Of a DNA stretch of 64,000 bases, positions 49,801 through 61,800 are shown one piece after another; position 1 is the stretch's first letter, and every line of letters begins with the position of its first letter. The stretch spans positions 1 through 64,000 of the forward strand of contig DF237349.1 in assembly GCA_000708835.1 (NCBI GenBank), in the 5' to 3' direction. A program made the position numbers and the translations under genes. A model generated the notes under the pieces. That model did not search any database, was not told the DNA's origin, and was given only the letters and a program-made list of their open reading frames with translations. This stretch comes from Klebsormidium nitens (Eukaryota; Plantae; Klebsormidiophyceae).

Positions 49801-52800
49801 ATAAACGAACAGGATAACCACCTGCGAGAGAAGAGTTTGCGGTCTTAGCATGTTGGTCTTGAGGGCATTTTTGCTTTTATTTTGGACCATATCTTGAATG
49901 CTTCATTTCTTGGTTGGAAGATTTAATAAAGGTTTCGTTCCAATCAGGTACGAATGATCGAAGGAGGAAGGAAGGAGGAGCAAAGAAGAACCGCCTGAGA
50001 AAGAGGGCTTGGCAGATAAGCTTTGGCCCGATTGATCTTGTGTGGGTATTGGGTGATGAATGATCTGGGTAATAGATAAAAACAGAACGTTTGCAGGAAC
50101 ATGAGGTAGGAGAGCTGAAAGAAGGAGTAAACGAACAAGATGACCACCTGCGAAAAAAAGAATGGACAATATGAGGTTTGGCCTCGAAGGGATTCAGGTC
50201 AAATTGGAATCGAGGAGACTCTAGTCCTGATAAAGGTTTTAACCGGTCTTGAAAAACCATGAATAAGGTTTGCGTTTTCCGGTCTTGGGGTTTGATTCCG
50301 AGATCTTGCGTGCACCAGGGCTCGCGTCTAGGATGGGTTAAAGATCACCAAACCACTACGTAAAGTAAATGAAAGGAGGAGCGAGAAAATAGCGGGCATC
50401 GTTTCGAAAAGAGGGTTTAGGGTTTCGAATGAAATCAGAGGTCAATGGCCTGTCAACACGAGTACCAACGCCTAGTCTGCCGGATGGGAAACGTCATGTC
50501 TTCCGCCGGGGACGAAGGGTGATGAAAGAAGGTTGTGCAGTAAGTTGAGTCTCCCCACCGAAGTCCAGCTCTTTGTCACCTCGTTACACCTCCAAAGAGG
50601 GTCTTGACCAGCAGCCGTTTGACCAATAAAGAGAGATGTCGCACAGTCTTCTTTTACTTTTAAAGGAGTAGTACAATCTTCTTTGAATTTTAAAGGAGTA
50701 GCTCGAGAGAACAGACAAGCTGAAACTGAGCAGCAAGTTTTCGGTTCGAAAGTTCATTTCCTACCTGAGTCCAGCTTTCCTTCCCTCCGTACGGTCCAAA
50801 AAGTAGCCCTTACAACATCTTTTTAACGAGGTACACCGAAGGTAGCACATTTTCATTGAGAAGGAAAGCAGTATCTCGAACGGGATCGAAGTTGAAAGCT
50901 CAGAAAATACTTCAACCTGGGCGCAAACTCACCTGCGATCCCGCTTTCCTTTCCTCCGTACAATCCAAACAGTAGCCCTTACAACATCTCCTTGACGAGA
51001 TACACCGAAGGTAGCACATTTTCATTAAGAAGGAAAGAAGTATCTCGAATTCGGATCGAAGTTGAAGGCTCAGAAAATACTTCAACCTGGGCGCAAATTT
51101 ACCCGTGTCCAGCTTTCCTTTCCTCCGTACAACCCGAACAGTAGGTCATACAACATCTTCTTGACGAGATAAACCGAGAAGTGTATTAATTGAGACAAGA
51201 AGAAGCATCTGAACTTGAGACCGAATTTGACAGCTTAGAAAAACAATGCGTGTTGAATGTGAGCAGGTTGGGAAAACAGGTTGCGCCCACAAAACCCTAC
51301 CTGGGTCCAGCTTTCTTTTCCTCCGTACAATCCGAACAGTAGTCCGTACAACATCTTCTTGACGAGGTACACGGAAAAGTAGCACGACCGGAACTTGTCC
51401 GCTCCCAAGCCGTGGAGAAAGAAGTACTCGCCCCACGTGCGCGCGCGCTTCTTCGCGTGCTTGCCGCGCCCGTTGTGGGGCTTCTTTTCGTCCGCCTCTG
51501 CGCGTGTAGAGAAAATCGTGCCGTCTGAGAAAAAGATCAGCCGGAAGGAATTATGCTGGGCTGTGTGCAGTTTTCAGCGGTTCGTCACGCCTTTTCGCGT
51601 GCTTTCCGCGCGTGTTGTAGGACTTCTTTTCGTCCGGTACTGCACGTGTGAAAGAAAAGTTGTGCGCTTTGAGGAAAAGATCAGCCGGAAGGAATTATGC
51701 TGGGTTGTGTGCACTTTTCAGCGGTTCGTCACGCTTCTTCGCGTGCTTTTCCGCGCGCGTTGTAGGGCTTCTTTTCGTCCGTTACTGCACGTGTGAAGAA
51801 AAGTTGTGCGCTTTGAGGATATAATTTGCCGGATGGGGTTATGCTTGGCTATGTGCACTTTTTTGCGGGTTTCGAATCGGAAGGTGACAAGAACTCAACA
51901 GGTTGAGATACTTGTGACATTTATTTTTCTCGTGTAGGTCTGTTAGTTCTCGTGGGGTTTGAGGCAGCTATGCTAGCAAAACGACAGGGGCAGAAAAACC
52001 TCCCTTGACATGAGGAAAAGCAGAACCCACTCCTGTGAACCAGCTTTCAAGCCGCCCCCGCGTCAAAAGAGTATGTGAGCTTAATTCTTGCATCTACAGA
52101 TCATTGGAAGAGCTCTCTGACGTCATCACTATCATTGTGAACGCTTCCAGGTACGTTTCACCAAAGAAGATTTCATCTACGTGTATTCGGCCAGACAATG
52201 GATGCTGTAAAACCCAAGGTCTTTCAGTTTTTAACACACGAAACGGTGAGAGTTCTTCGCCTCTCCCGCACCGGGCGGCAGGTTTTGGCCAAGACAAAAT
52301 ATTGCTGTGTTACTCTAGTGCGCACCTGGCGGCGGGTTAAACCCGCCCACCCGTGTACGATCAATGGACTAGTGCGCACCTGGCGAGCGGGTAATTCGTC
52401 AAACCGTAAACGTTATGGGTTAATGCGCACCTGGCGGCGGGTTAAACCCCCGAAAGTTTTGGAAGAACACCCCGTATCGCGCCACGAAATGCTTGTCCTT
52501 GCTGTCCTCCCACTTTCCCTCCACGGGTTTTGCGGCGTTTCCAAAAGGCGTCGCGGCCGCGACGCGGCCCAGGAGCGCGCCGCGCTTCGCGGCCGCGGGC
52601 CCCATGCCCGCGACCGCGCTCGCGCTCAAGCGCCGCGCGCCCTTCTTGCCCGCGAGGGTTTGGGGGTTCGGCTCGGCGGCGGGGTCGGAAACGGCGACGA
52701 AGGTAGCGGCTTGTGACTGCGACGAGTTAGTGACAAGACGGTCAACACTGGATAGGTTATGTCAAACCAAGTCACTATCGGCCGCTAAGCTAAGCCTATT

Positions 52801-55800
52801 CAGATCCCGGGCAGAGCCCCTATGAACGGCAAAGGATTCGAGACTATTTTCTCGAAGGATCTTAAGCAACGCAAGCATTTAAATGTTCGCTTGTGAGTTC
52901 GAATTCCAGCTCCAAATGGCTACCTTCCGCGATTGTTGGGAGTATTGTAAAGCTTAAACATCCTAGGTTTGACTCATCGCTGCCCACGATCTTGTTTCAA
53001 TCTTACTACGCCCCAGGCGTGCCATTCCATGCGGTAAGCGAAGACCAAACTCACCTCCAATGCGTTGTCAACTTTTGAAAATGTCAGGAGGAAAGCTTGC
53101 GCAGATTGGCAGCGCTTGGAGTTCAAGGGCGAGCAGGCAAAGCCTCCAAAATATCTTTAGTGTTCGTCAAGGATCCTCAATCCAAAAACGCTAAAACGTT
53201 TGGCCGCGAGCGCCTTCACCTTATGAACTCTCTTACTTAAAAGAAGGCGAGGATGGACCCATGATGTGCCTTGTTCCGCTCGTTATAAAACCCTAACAGT
53301 TCAAAACCGTGAAACCGTGAAGACTCCACGCCCCGCGGCCTCCCTCACCTTGTACATCTTTTAAACCACTATATACAAGAAGATTGATGGAGCTAAGGGT
53401 CTCCATTCCTCTACTGATTCTAACCCCGAATAACATATAAGGCAAACCCCACGCCGTCGCGCAGCGGCCGCGGCCGCGGCCGCGCTCACCTTGTAGATCT
53501 TGTAGACGACGATGTAGAAGAAGAAGGCGATGATGGATCCCGGTACGCAGATGAATATGATGGTGCCCACCAGGCGCCCCCGCGCAGTACCTCCTGTAAC
53601 CACAGGGGATCGTTAAGTCGTTAAACGGTAATTAGGTAAGTCTGGTCTCTTGCGGAATCTCCAGCCGGAGATAAGCAGGGCGACTTCAGCGGCAAAGTCG
53701 CGATTCAACCGAGCCCGAATCTTCCGCTGCAAACAATCTTTGACAATGAGAAGGTCTCGACCGGTGTTGAAATCTCTGTCCTCGTCGGATTTTTCCTTTC
53801 ATCCCCCTGAGTCTTCGACTCCATTCTCAATGTTTTCTCAGACATGTCCACTCATGATCTATTCCAGTTTCGGAAGGCGCAGTTAAGACGGCCCCTCATG
53901 ATCGCCATGATTTCGCACCACTCTAACAAGCGAATCCACTCCATCGCTCACGAAAGACGTCATCTTGACGTCACTCACCCGCAATGATAAGCCCGCACGC
54001 TTGCGCGAGCCCTTCGACCGTCAGCATGATGACCATGATTTCACAGCGCGGGAACATGAGAATGTCCGGAATGGTCTGCTCCGTCCACATGCGCCAGAGC
54101 CGGACGACGATCATGTGCAGCGCCGTCGAGCCGAAGACTAAGAGGAGGGACCAGCCGATAACGCGGTCGAAAGTTGACCACCTGCGGAGATAAGGAGTAA
54201 GAAAGTTAGGTTTCAGAATTGTAAAGAATTTAATGCAGGGGTGTAGCCCCTTACGATGCTTTGTTCGCATTCATTAGACACGGAAGGCGATCATGTGCAG
54301 CGCCGTCGAGCCGAAAAAGGGGAGGAGAGACCAGCCGATAACGCGGTCGAAAGTAGACCAGCTGCGGGTTAAAGTTTGCTTGCTGGAGTTTGAGGAATTT
54401 GAACGGAAGCTTTAGATCTTGAGATCCATTTAATAGAGCTGGAAGACTATTCTTGTACGCGCCGTCGAGCCGAAGACGGGGAGAGGCGACCAGCCAATAA
54501 CCTGGTCGAAAGTGGACCACTTGCGGTGTTTAAACTTTAGCGTTCAGGGTCTGAACGGCTTTATGAGGTTGATGCAAAGGATTAAAATTCTTTAGATGCT
54601 CCTTCCACATGCGCTAGAGTCGGACGAGAATCATTTGCAGCGCCGTCGAGTCGAAGAGTAAGAGGAGGGACCAGCCGATAACGCGGTCGAACGTGGACCA
54701 CCGGCGGGTTAGGGTTTCAAGGATGATTGGATTTGGCGCTCCCAGGTCCGACGGGTTTATTTACATCAAACTCAGGAAAAATAGTAGTAAGCCGAGATAA
54801 TAATAAGGTAACCGTACTGGGACGGGTAGGGCTAGTTTGGTGGTTAATTAGGGTGGGTAGGGGTGCGGAGCGGGTGTCTTTTTGGGTTAGGGTTTTCAGT
54901 GTTAGTCGGAGCTTACTATCATCTTGGTTTACTATTGTCTTTCTTGAGTTTTAGGTGATTTATATTCATTAGAGACAGCGGCGATAAAGTGTAGCGCGGT
55001 CGAGAAGATAAATATGAGGAGCGACCAATGACACGGTCAAACGTAGATCACCTACGGGTTAGGGGCTTAACATAAGAGGGTTCCGGGTTGATTGAGTTTG
55101 CCAGAGGCAGACGAAAATCATGTGTAGAGCCTTTGAGAACGTAACCTAGGGCTGAGAGGCGCGACTGCATGGTTGGAAAAAACATCCACACCCATGTGAG
55201 AACTGAAGGATAAAAGTACACTGCTTGAGAGAGCACAAGGAATGCGAATGACCCTCGAGGGGCGTATTCTCACCCTTGATCCACCTTTCCAATGACAGAG
55301 CTGACGAGCTGCTGCGCCGCCGACTGCCGGGTTGCCTGGAGCGGAACGCCAACGGAAAGAGAGTCAGCATGCGTTTTGGAGAAACAGATTCCTCAAGTGC
55401 CTTGCCCTGCATTGATTTTTGAAAATGCGCGCAGATGGGCGACTTTAAATCGTAGATGATTTCGGAATCACTGGAATCCACAAAACGATACGGGTAGCGT
55501 CCGTTCCGATTGTTGCGGCGCTACTCTAGCAGCAATTGGCTCGTTTAATTTTAAAAATGGTGCCCCTACGCGGTCTCCCGGCGCCCTCGAAGAACGCCTC
55601 ATGGTCGCCGCATGGTAGAGTACGTTCATCACATGCGGAGCGACCAAGCAGGTGCGTTGCTGTTTGCAAATTCGTCGAATTTTAGAGTCCAGTACACGGT
55701 CAAGTGCCGAGTCTTGGCAGTGAGGAAGTGAAACTTCGTAGTGCGCGAAGGTCCAAAAACGAGAACGACAAACGTATGTCGAAGCTCCGTTATTCTCGTG

Positions 55801-58800
55801 GTAAGCACACGAATCCACCAGTCAATGCTTGCCACGTACGTCTTCCAGCTGGACTGCATTTGCCACGTCAGTATTGTTCGCGGGCGCTGACGCGAGCAGA
55901 CGCCTTCGGGCCGGAGCCTCGGTCGCGGACTCAGACGCGGCCGCGGGAGCTGTCGCGTTCGGGGTTTGGAAGCTTGGCGGAGCGATCCCCAGGCCGAACG
56001 GCAGTGTTGCGTCCATGTTCTGACACGTGTCACAGCGAGAGTGGATGAGCAAGTGACATTGCAGGCGGCAACAAAACGAGCAAGAAGGAAGCGGTAAGAT
56101 GACGGACTAATTTACGTGTAATAAGAGCCACGTATAATAAGCTCCAACTAACACTTAAAAACCTAACCCAGTAATCTACCTGCTCCGCACCCGTACTCAC
56201 CCTAACCCCCAAAGTAACCCCACCCGTCCCAGGCTGCCAAGCTTATTATACCTGTCGCTTGTTATTCCTAAATTAGTCCGAGTAAGCGGTATAAGGATCA
56301 ACGAGACTTGGGGGTTGGCACTCGCTCCACATCCGTCTGAAAAAGAAGTCTCGTTGAAGTACAATGACCATTTTATTCGTTGTCTTGCGATCGCGTAATT
56401 GAAAGCTGGCTTCCGTTCGTCGAATCCGGGAGGCAAATCGGGATTCCTCGACGGAAGAGGACATCCGATGCAAGAATCCAAAGCGAAGCGCCGAGCGTCA
56501 GGAGCTTATCATATCAGCCGCGTGCCGGGGGCTCGGCCAGCATTATGTTAGACCCTAAGATTCGTTCTGCTACCAGGGCGGGGTCAAGGAGAGTCAGTAA
56601 TTTGGCGACCGGGGCCGGGGGTGCTGTCGGAAGGATTGACGTGGCGAGGTTTAGGGTTTTGACCCGGGGCTTCACGATCAATGATTGGTCGAAAGCAGCC
56701 TAGCCCAGGGTTTCGCCCTTAGATCCCGCTACGTCAGCCCTTCCAACAGCGTCCCCGGCCCCGGTCCCAAAATTACTGATTCTACCTGACCCCGCTCTAC
56801 CAGTAGAAGCTCAGCCGGGGACAAGCTCCGGGAATGGTGCAAGTGGGACCCATCAAACCTCTTGATCCCTTCCGGGCTCTGATTTCCACAACAGCGCCAG
56901 CCGAGACTTGTTTCGCCCACTTAAGTTTTTGATAAGAGCCCGGGGAAAACGGTACGTACCGCCCACTGGAATCTGCCGGTCATCTCCGTGAGCGTGACGC
57001 TCTGCTTGATCGCCAGGTGATTCACCATCGCGAAGCGCTGGATCACTGTGAATAGGCCCTGCAAAAGAAGCAGTGCATAAGTGTGAATAGGCCCTGAAGA
57101 CAGAGCAGTGAGCAAGCTTGAAGAGGCAAAGGAGAAGAGCAGTGTGTTACGTAAAGTGGGCGTAGGGGTTTGACGGACGGCATCACCGGCGTCAACCTCT
57201 TGACGAATCAAAACCGAGGGCGGCACTGGCTGTCTTGTATCGCGGCGATCTGAGCCGTCCGATCACCATTGCAAGCGCGCTTGCTACGCCCACTTTAAAA
57301 AGGTGGAAAAAGATCTCTCTATCTCTGGTAACGGATAAAGAGTGCCGACAGCTTGTTCAAGGATCCCTCAAAAACACAGCGCTTAGTAGCTTCCATTGGG
57401 TGCTGGAAAGCGACATTATTCTCGAGATTGACAAGAAACGAAAATCGACCAGCAAAAGCTATGTTTCAAGCTGCACACATCACTGCTGTAAACGATTTCG
57501 AAGCAGATTGAAAGAGACTTTTCTATAATCCACTTGTTGATAGACTCCTCCTAGCCTGCCTCGGCTTCAGCCAGACAACTCATCCATCCTCCTCTTTCTC
57601 CACTCGTAGTTAAGGGCACTATTACTGTGCAAAAGCACATCCTTTCTCCACAGCTTAACTCAAGAGCGAATCATTGCCCAGGCAGTAGAAATTCGAGCAA
57701 ACAAAGAAAAGTAACATTCCGACCGCTCACCAGGAGGTTTCCGCTCACTGCGAGTCCGGCGGTACCCATGCCTCCGGCGACGGAAGCCCCGGTCGAAATG
57801 GCGCTGGTGCCGACGACAGCGGTGGCCGCCGTGGTAGCAGCGGCAGTTACTGCCGCCGGAACCACGTCTGAACGGAACGGAACGGATCGGACGTTCGGTC
57901 AGAGATTGAAAAGAAGCGGCTACGGAGACGAAAGGGAAAGGAATGACGAGAGGCTAAGGAAAGGGGAGCTGCAAATGTCGGCGCGGGCGACCCTGTTGGA
58001 AACCGGAACGGAAAGAACGCAGGAAAAACGACAGGAGGTGGTTAGAAACGACCTTTGCGGTTAGATGAGCTGAATGGAACAAAATGGATCCACTCGTTTA
58101 ATAACTCGTTTAACAGCAAGGTAGGTTAGTGTCGGGTTCAAATCCTGCAAGCCCATGCACAGTAGGCTTTTGGATACCTAAAATTCTCAACCAAAGGTTA
58201 CCAGCATTGCAAACTTGCCCACCCTAACCCTTCTCTAACCCCACCCGTCCCAGTTACCATCCACTGGCCTTGGATCGATTTTAGAGTTGGGCCAGATGGT
58301 TTTGAAAGCTTGAACAGACGCATCATATCGCATTTGATATGGACATCCCGGAGGCAGTACCCAAGCAAATGGTTGAAGGGTCGAAGCATCAAAGGTTTGA
58401 AGGGTAAACGGGTCTGACGATCACTTACAGTGCTGCACGGTTAGCAGGGTGGAACCGAGGTTAAGGTTTCCCGCCCGGTCCCTAACCACCCCGGGGGGCA
58501 CATTCACACCAACCGATTGCTCAGGAAAAGCCTCCACCCGCAGCCCGTACGTTCCGCCGTCCCCGGCAAATGACGTCACGTTGGCGTTGCTGACGTTCAG
58601 ATGCTTAACCAGGACGGGATCGTCCAAGACTTCGCTAAGCGTAATGAGGATCCCGATCAAAGAATCTTTGGTTTTGTAGCCGGAGAGTGACGTCAGCGTG
58701 AACTCAGGGGGCTGCCGGTCGACCTGTGCGCGCGCAGAGAGCTCCGTGCATTACAGTTTTGCTCGTTTGCACCTTGCCTCGTGAAATCTTTTTTCAAAGG

Positions 58801-61800
58801 TGGGACTTTGAAAATGAAATTGACTTCTTCTTTCGGATAATGCCTTGTTTCATTCCTCTGCGAACTTCTGGGAGTTTGGAAAAGGGATGTAAGAGTTTGG
58901 CGGTCTTCGGAATTTTTTATACGCACCCACCCGTGTACTCAACGTCATTTTCATGATGACGACAAAGTGAGTCACGGGAACGCGCAATTATTGGCACCCG
59001 CGTATGTAATTGTTCGATTTTTCGCGACTCCTATTTCACCTGGGAAGCCTGCTCTATACTTTACACCCGTTTCTGGGCTATCCTTCGTTTCTCTAAAGCT
59101 GTTTTTGCAAGAGCAAATCGTTCAAGAAATGAAGAAAGAATCGAAGAGATATGAGCCGGTGTTGACATTGGATTTGCCGAGATGAAGGTCCGGGTGTCCT
59201 AGCACGTTTGGAGCATAAAAGAGCTCAAAGTCTCTTCATCAATAAAAAAGGCTAACGTATTTTTTGCCGGTTTTCAAGACCGGTACTTTCAACCGCTCAG
59301 ACACTTAATAATATTTGCTCGCTCGGTGAAATTGGTAAACACATCTTTTAGGGCGGAATTCTGTCCAAGAATTCTTAAAATTTCGAGCCTCGGTAGCCTA
59401 GGACAATTTTGTTCAGGAAAAATGTCTCACAATCTATGTTTCAATTTGTTTCAATGGGATCTTGGCTATCCTCCTTTTTTCAAAACTGGCTTTGCTAAAT
59501 CTGATTCCGCAAGAACGTCGAAGGGTCTCGTGGCTATTCTTCTTTTGTCGAAACTCGCTTTGCTACACCAAGATATCTAGAAACGATGAAAGGGAAGAAG
59601 GAAAATGAGCGCACCTGAATGGACAAGGTTTCGGACGCCAAGGAGGGGTTTCCGTTGGTGTCCGTTGCAGCGCTGTCCGCAATCCCCACGCGGACCCAGC
59701 CGTCGACCGCGACTTTCACGGAGAAGCTATAGGCCGCCCCTGAGGACGTTGTCCCCGAGGAGTCTTCTAAAGCTTTGAGCTGCAGCAAGACGAAATTGCT
59801 TTGGTTGGGCTTGATCTTGTGCTGATCTTGAAAGTTAACGGTCAAATGTAGAGTCCGCTCCAGTTTTGTTTTTCCCCAAAATTGAGACTCTTCCAAGGCC
59901 ATCCAAGAAGACTTCGTCAGTCTGTTACGTGACAGAACGTTTCACTTCTGTGTGATATTTACGTAACAGCAACCTTTGTGGCCGGATTAAGTTTTGGAGT
60001 TTAGCATACCAATCGTCGCAGTTAGCAACGGATTGAAGGTTAAACTCAGTTTGGCGGTAAGACCGTTAGGAAAGCATAAAAGCCGCAGGTTCCGCCCACT
60101 GAAGGAAAGGCAACGCAGCGTATGGAGGATAGCGAGAGTAGATGAACCCACCTCCCCCGCTGATCCTCCAACCACAACGATTGACTTCGCCGCAAACCCC
60201 GTGACCGGGTTGCCGAAATCCACCGTAAAGTTTAGCAACCCCGCGTTGGTTCTCCGAACCACGTACGTCGTGTTGCCAAAGACGCTAATGGTCCCCGGGA
60301 TGTCCGTCGCCAGGACGGGGATCCCCCTGACGTCATTGAATGTCACATTTCCCGCGGCCGCGGGGCTCAGGTTGCCGGCCGCGTCGGCGCAGGCGCCGGC
60401 CGCAACCGTCAGGCTGACGTCATACATCCCGCTCGCCGAGGGTGCGAGGTTGAGCGCGAGCGAACTCGCGCTCAGAAGTTGCGCGCTCTTCGCCACAATC
60501 GTCGCCTTAGTCACACCGATCTTCGCCAGGAGACTCGAGCTGATGTTGAGGCCCGCGCCGCACGTGGAGTTCGCTGACGCGTTGCTGACGCCAGCGCAGT
60601 TCGGGAAGCCGAAGTTGACGCAGGGTTTCGAAAACGTGATGCGCAAGGGCATCGGGTTTCGGTTCGTCGGCGAAGCGCCCAGATCGATCGTGGCCACAGG
60701 ATCGATCGTATCGACCGTCCAGGTCACTCTGCTGAATGCCGTTAACCCGACCGGGTTAGTCACGGTTATCACCAACTTATGGGCTCCGTCTGAGACTCCG
60801 AGATACGTCACTTGGCCGACGGAACCGCCCGTGAAGCAGTCGTCCAGCGGGCCGCCGTCCAGCTGACACGTGTACCCGCAATTAATGCAGGTGGGCGTGC
60901 TGTCGTTTGCGACGAACGCGACGAACGCGCGCGTGGTGTTGACCAGGTTAGCGGGCTGGGTTAGGATGGTTAGCGTGGGCGGAACGAGGTCGACGGTCCA
61001 GTTGAAGGTGACAGCAGCGCCGACGTTTCCCGCCTACGGAAAGGAGATGCGTTCAGTTGAGCGGAAGGAAAGACGGCGTATCTCAAAAGTAGCTCTGAGA
61101 GGGCGGACTGCGGAAAGAACTTCGAAGGTTCAACATCGTACGATCAGAAAACTTTGACCGGTTTGACACCGGTGATTTGGATAAGGACTCACATCTCAGG
61201 AAGAAATAGGGGAAACGATATGAAAAACAGGCGGGGACTCAATTCCATCCGATGAGTCGCCTCCTAATTCAACCTCAAATGTGGCTCAGTGTTTCTTTTT
61301 CAAAGCTCGAGAAAGTGCGTTTCCAAAACCCTCTTCATTTAGTTCCGCTCTCGTTCCGCTTTTGTAGGTCTCCACGGAGACGCAGGTCTACGAAGCTCCC
61401 GGGCCCCGCCAGCAATATCGCGGGTCTACGATTCTTGAAACGGAGTCAAGTCTTAAGCGAAAAAGCTTCACAGTCTTTGAAAACTTGCGGTCCCTAGAGG
61501 AGCCGAAGTGCGGATTGCGCGAAGCACCGTCGGAAGAAATAGAACGGCTCAAATCTTCTCATCTGTCCCTAGGCTCAATAATCTCTCAAGGTTAATCCCA
61601 AAATCCTACTTTTTACCAACATGCTTCTTCGCGAAGTTTCTTGAAAGGTTCTCAACAAGCCGTCCGGCGCAATCTGCTTGTATTGCATGCACACTCTTGC
61701 GTAAGCGTGTTGATTGCAAACCGAGAGGACATCGTCGTACGACGCTGATCCGAATTGTGAGCAACTGTAATAGTGAAGGTAGGAATACGATTCCTTTCAA

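Noticed and set aside
13105-55052. Exon/echo pairs as diversity-generating retroelement TR/VR pairs
   Set aside because: Mismatches are not adenine-specific and no reverse transcriptase is visible in the window.
9640-56660. Scattered TTAGGG/AAACCCT motifs as interstitial telomere arrays
   Set aside because: Only isolated single units; at best telo-box-like and not supportable.
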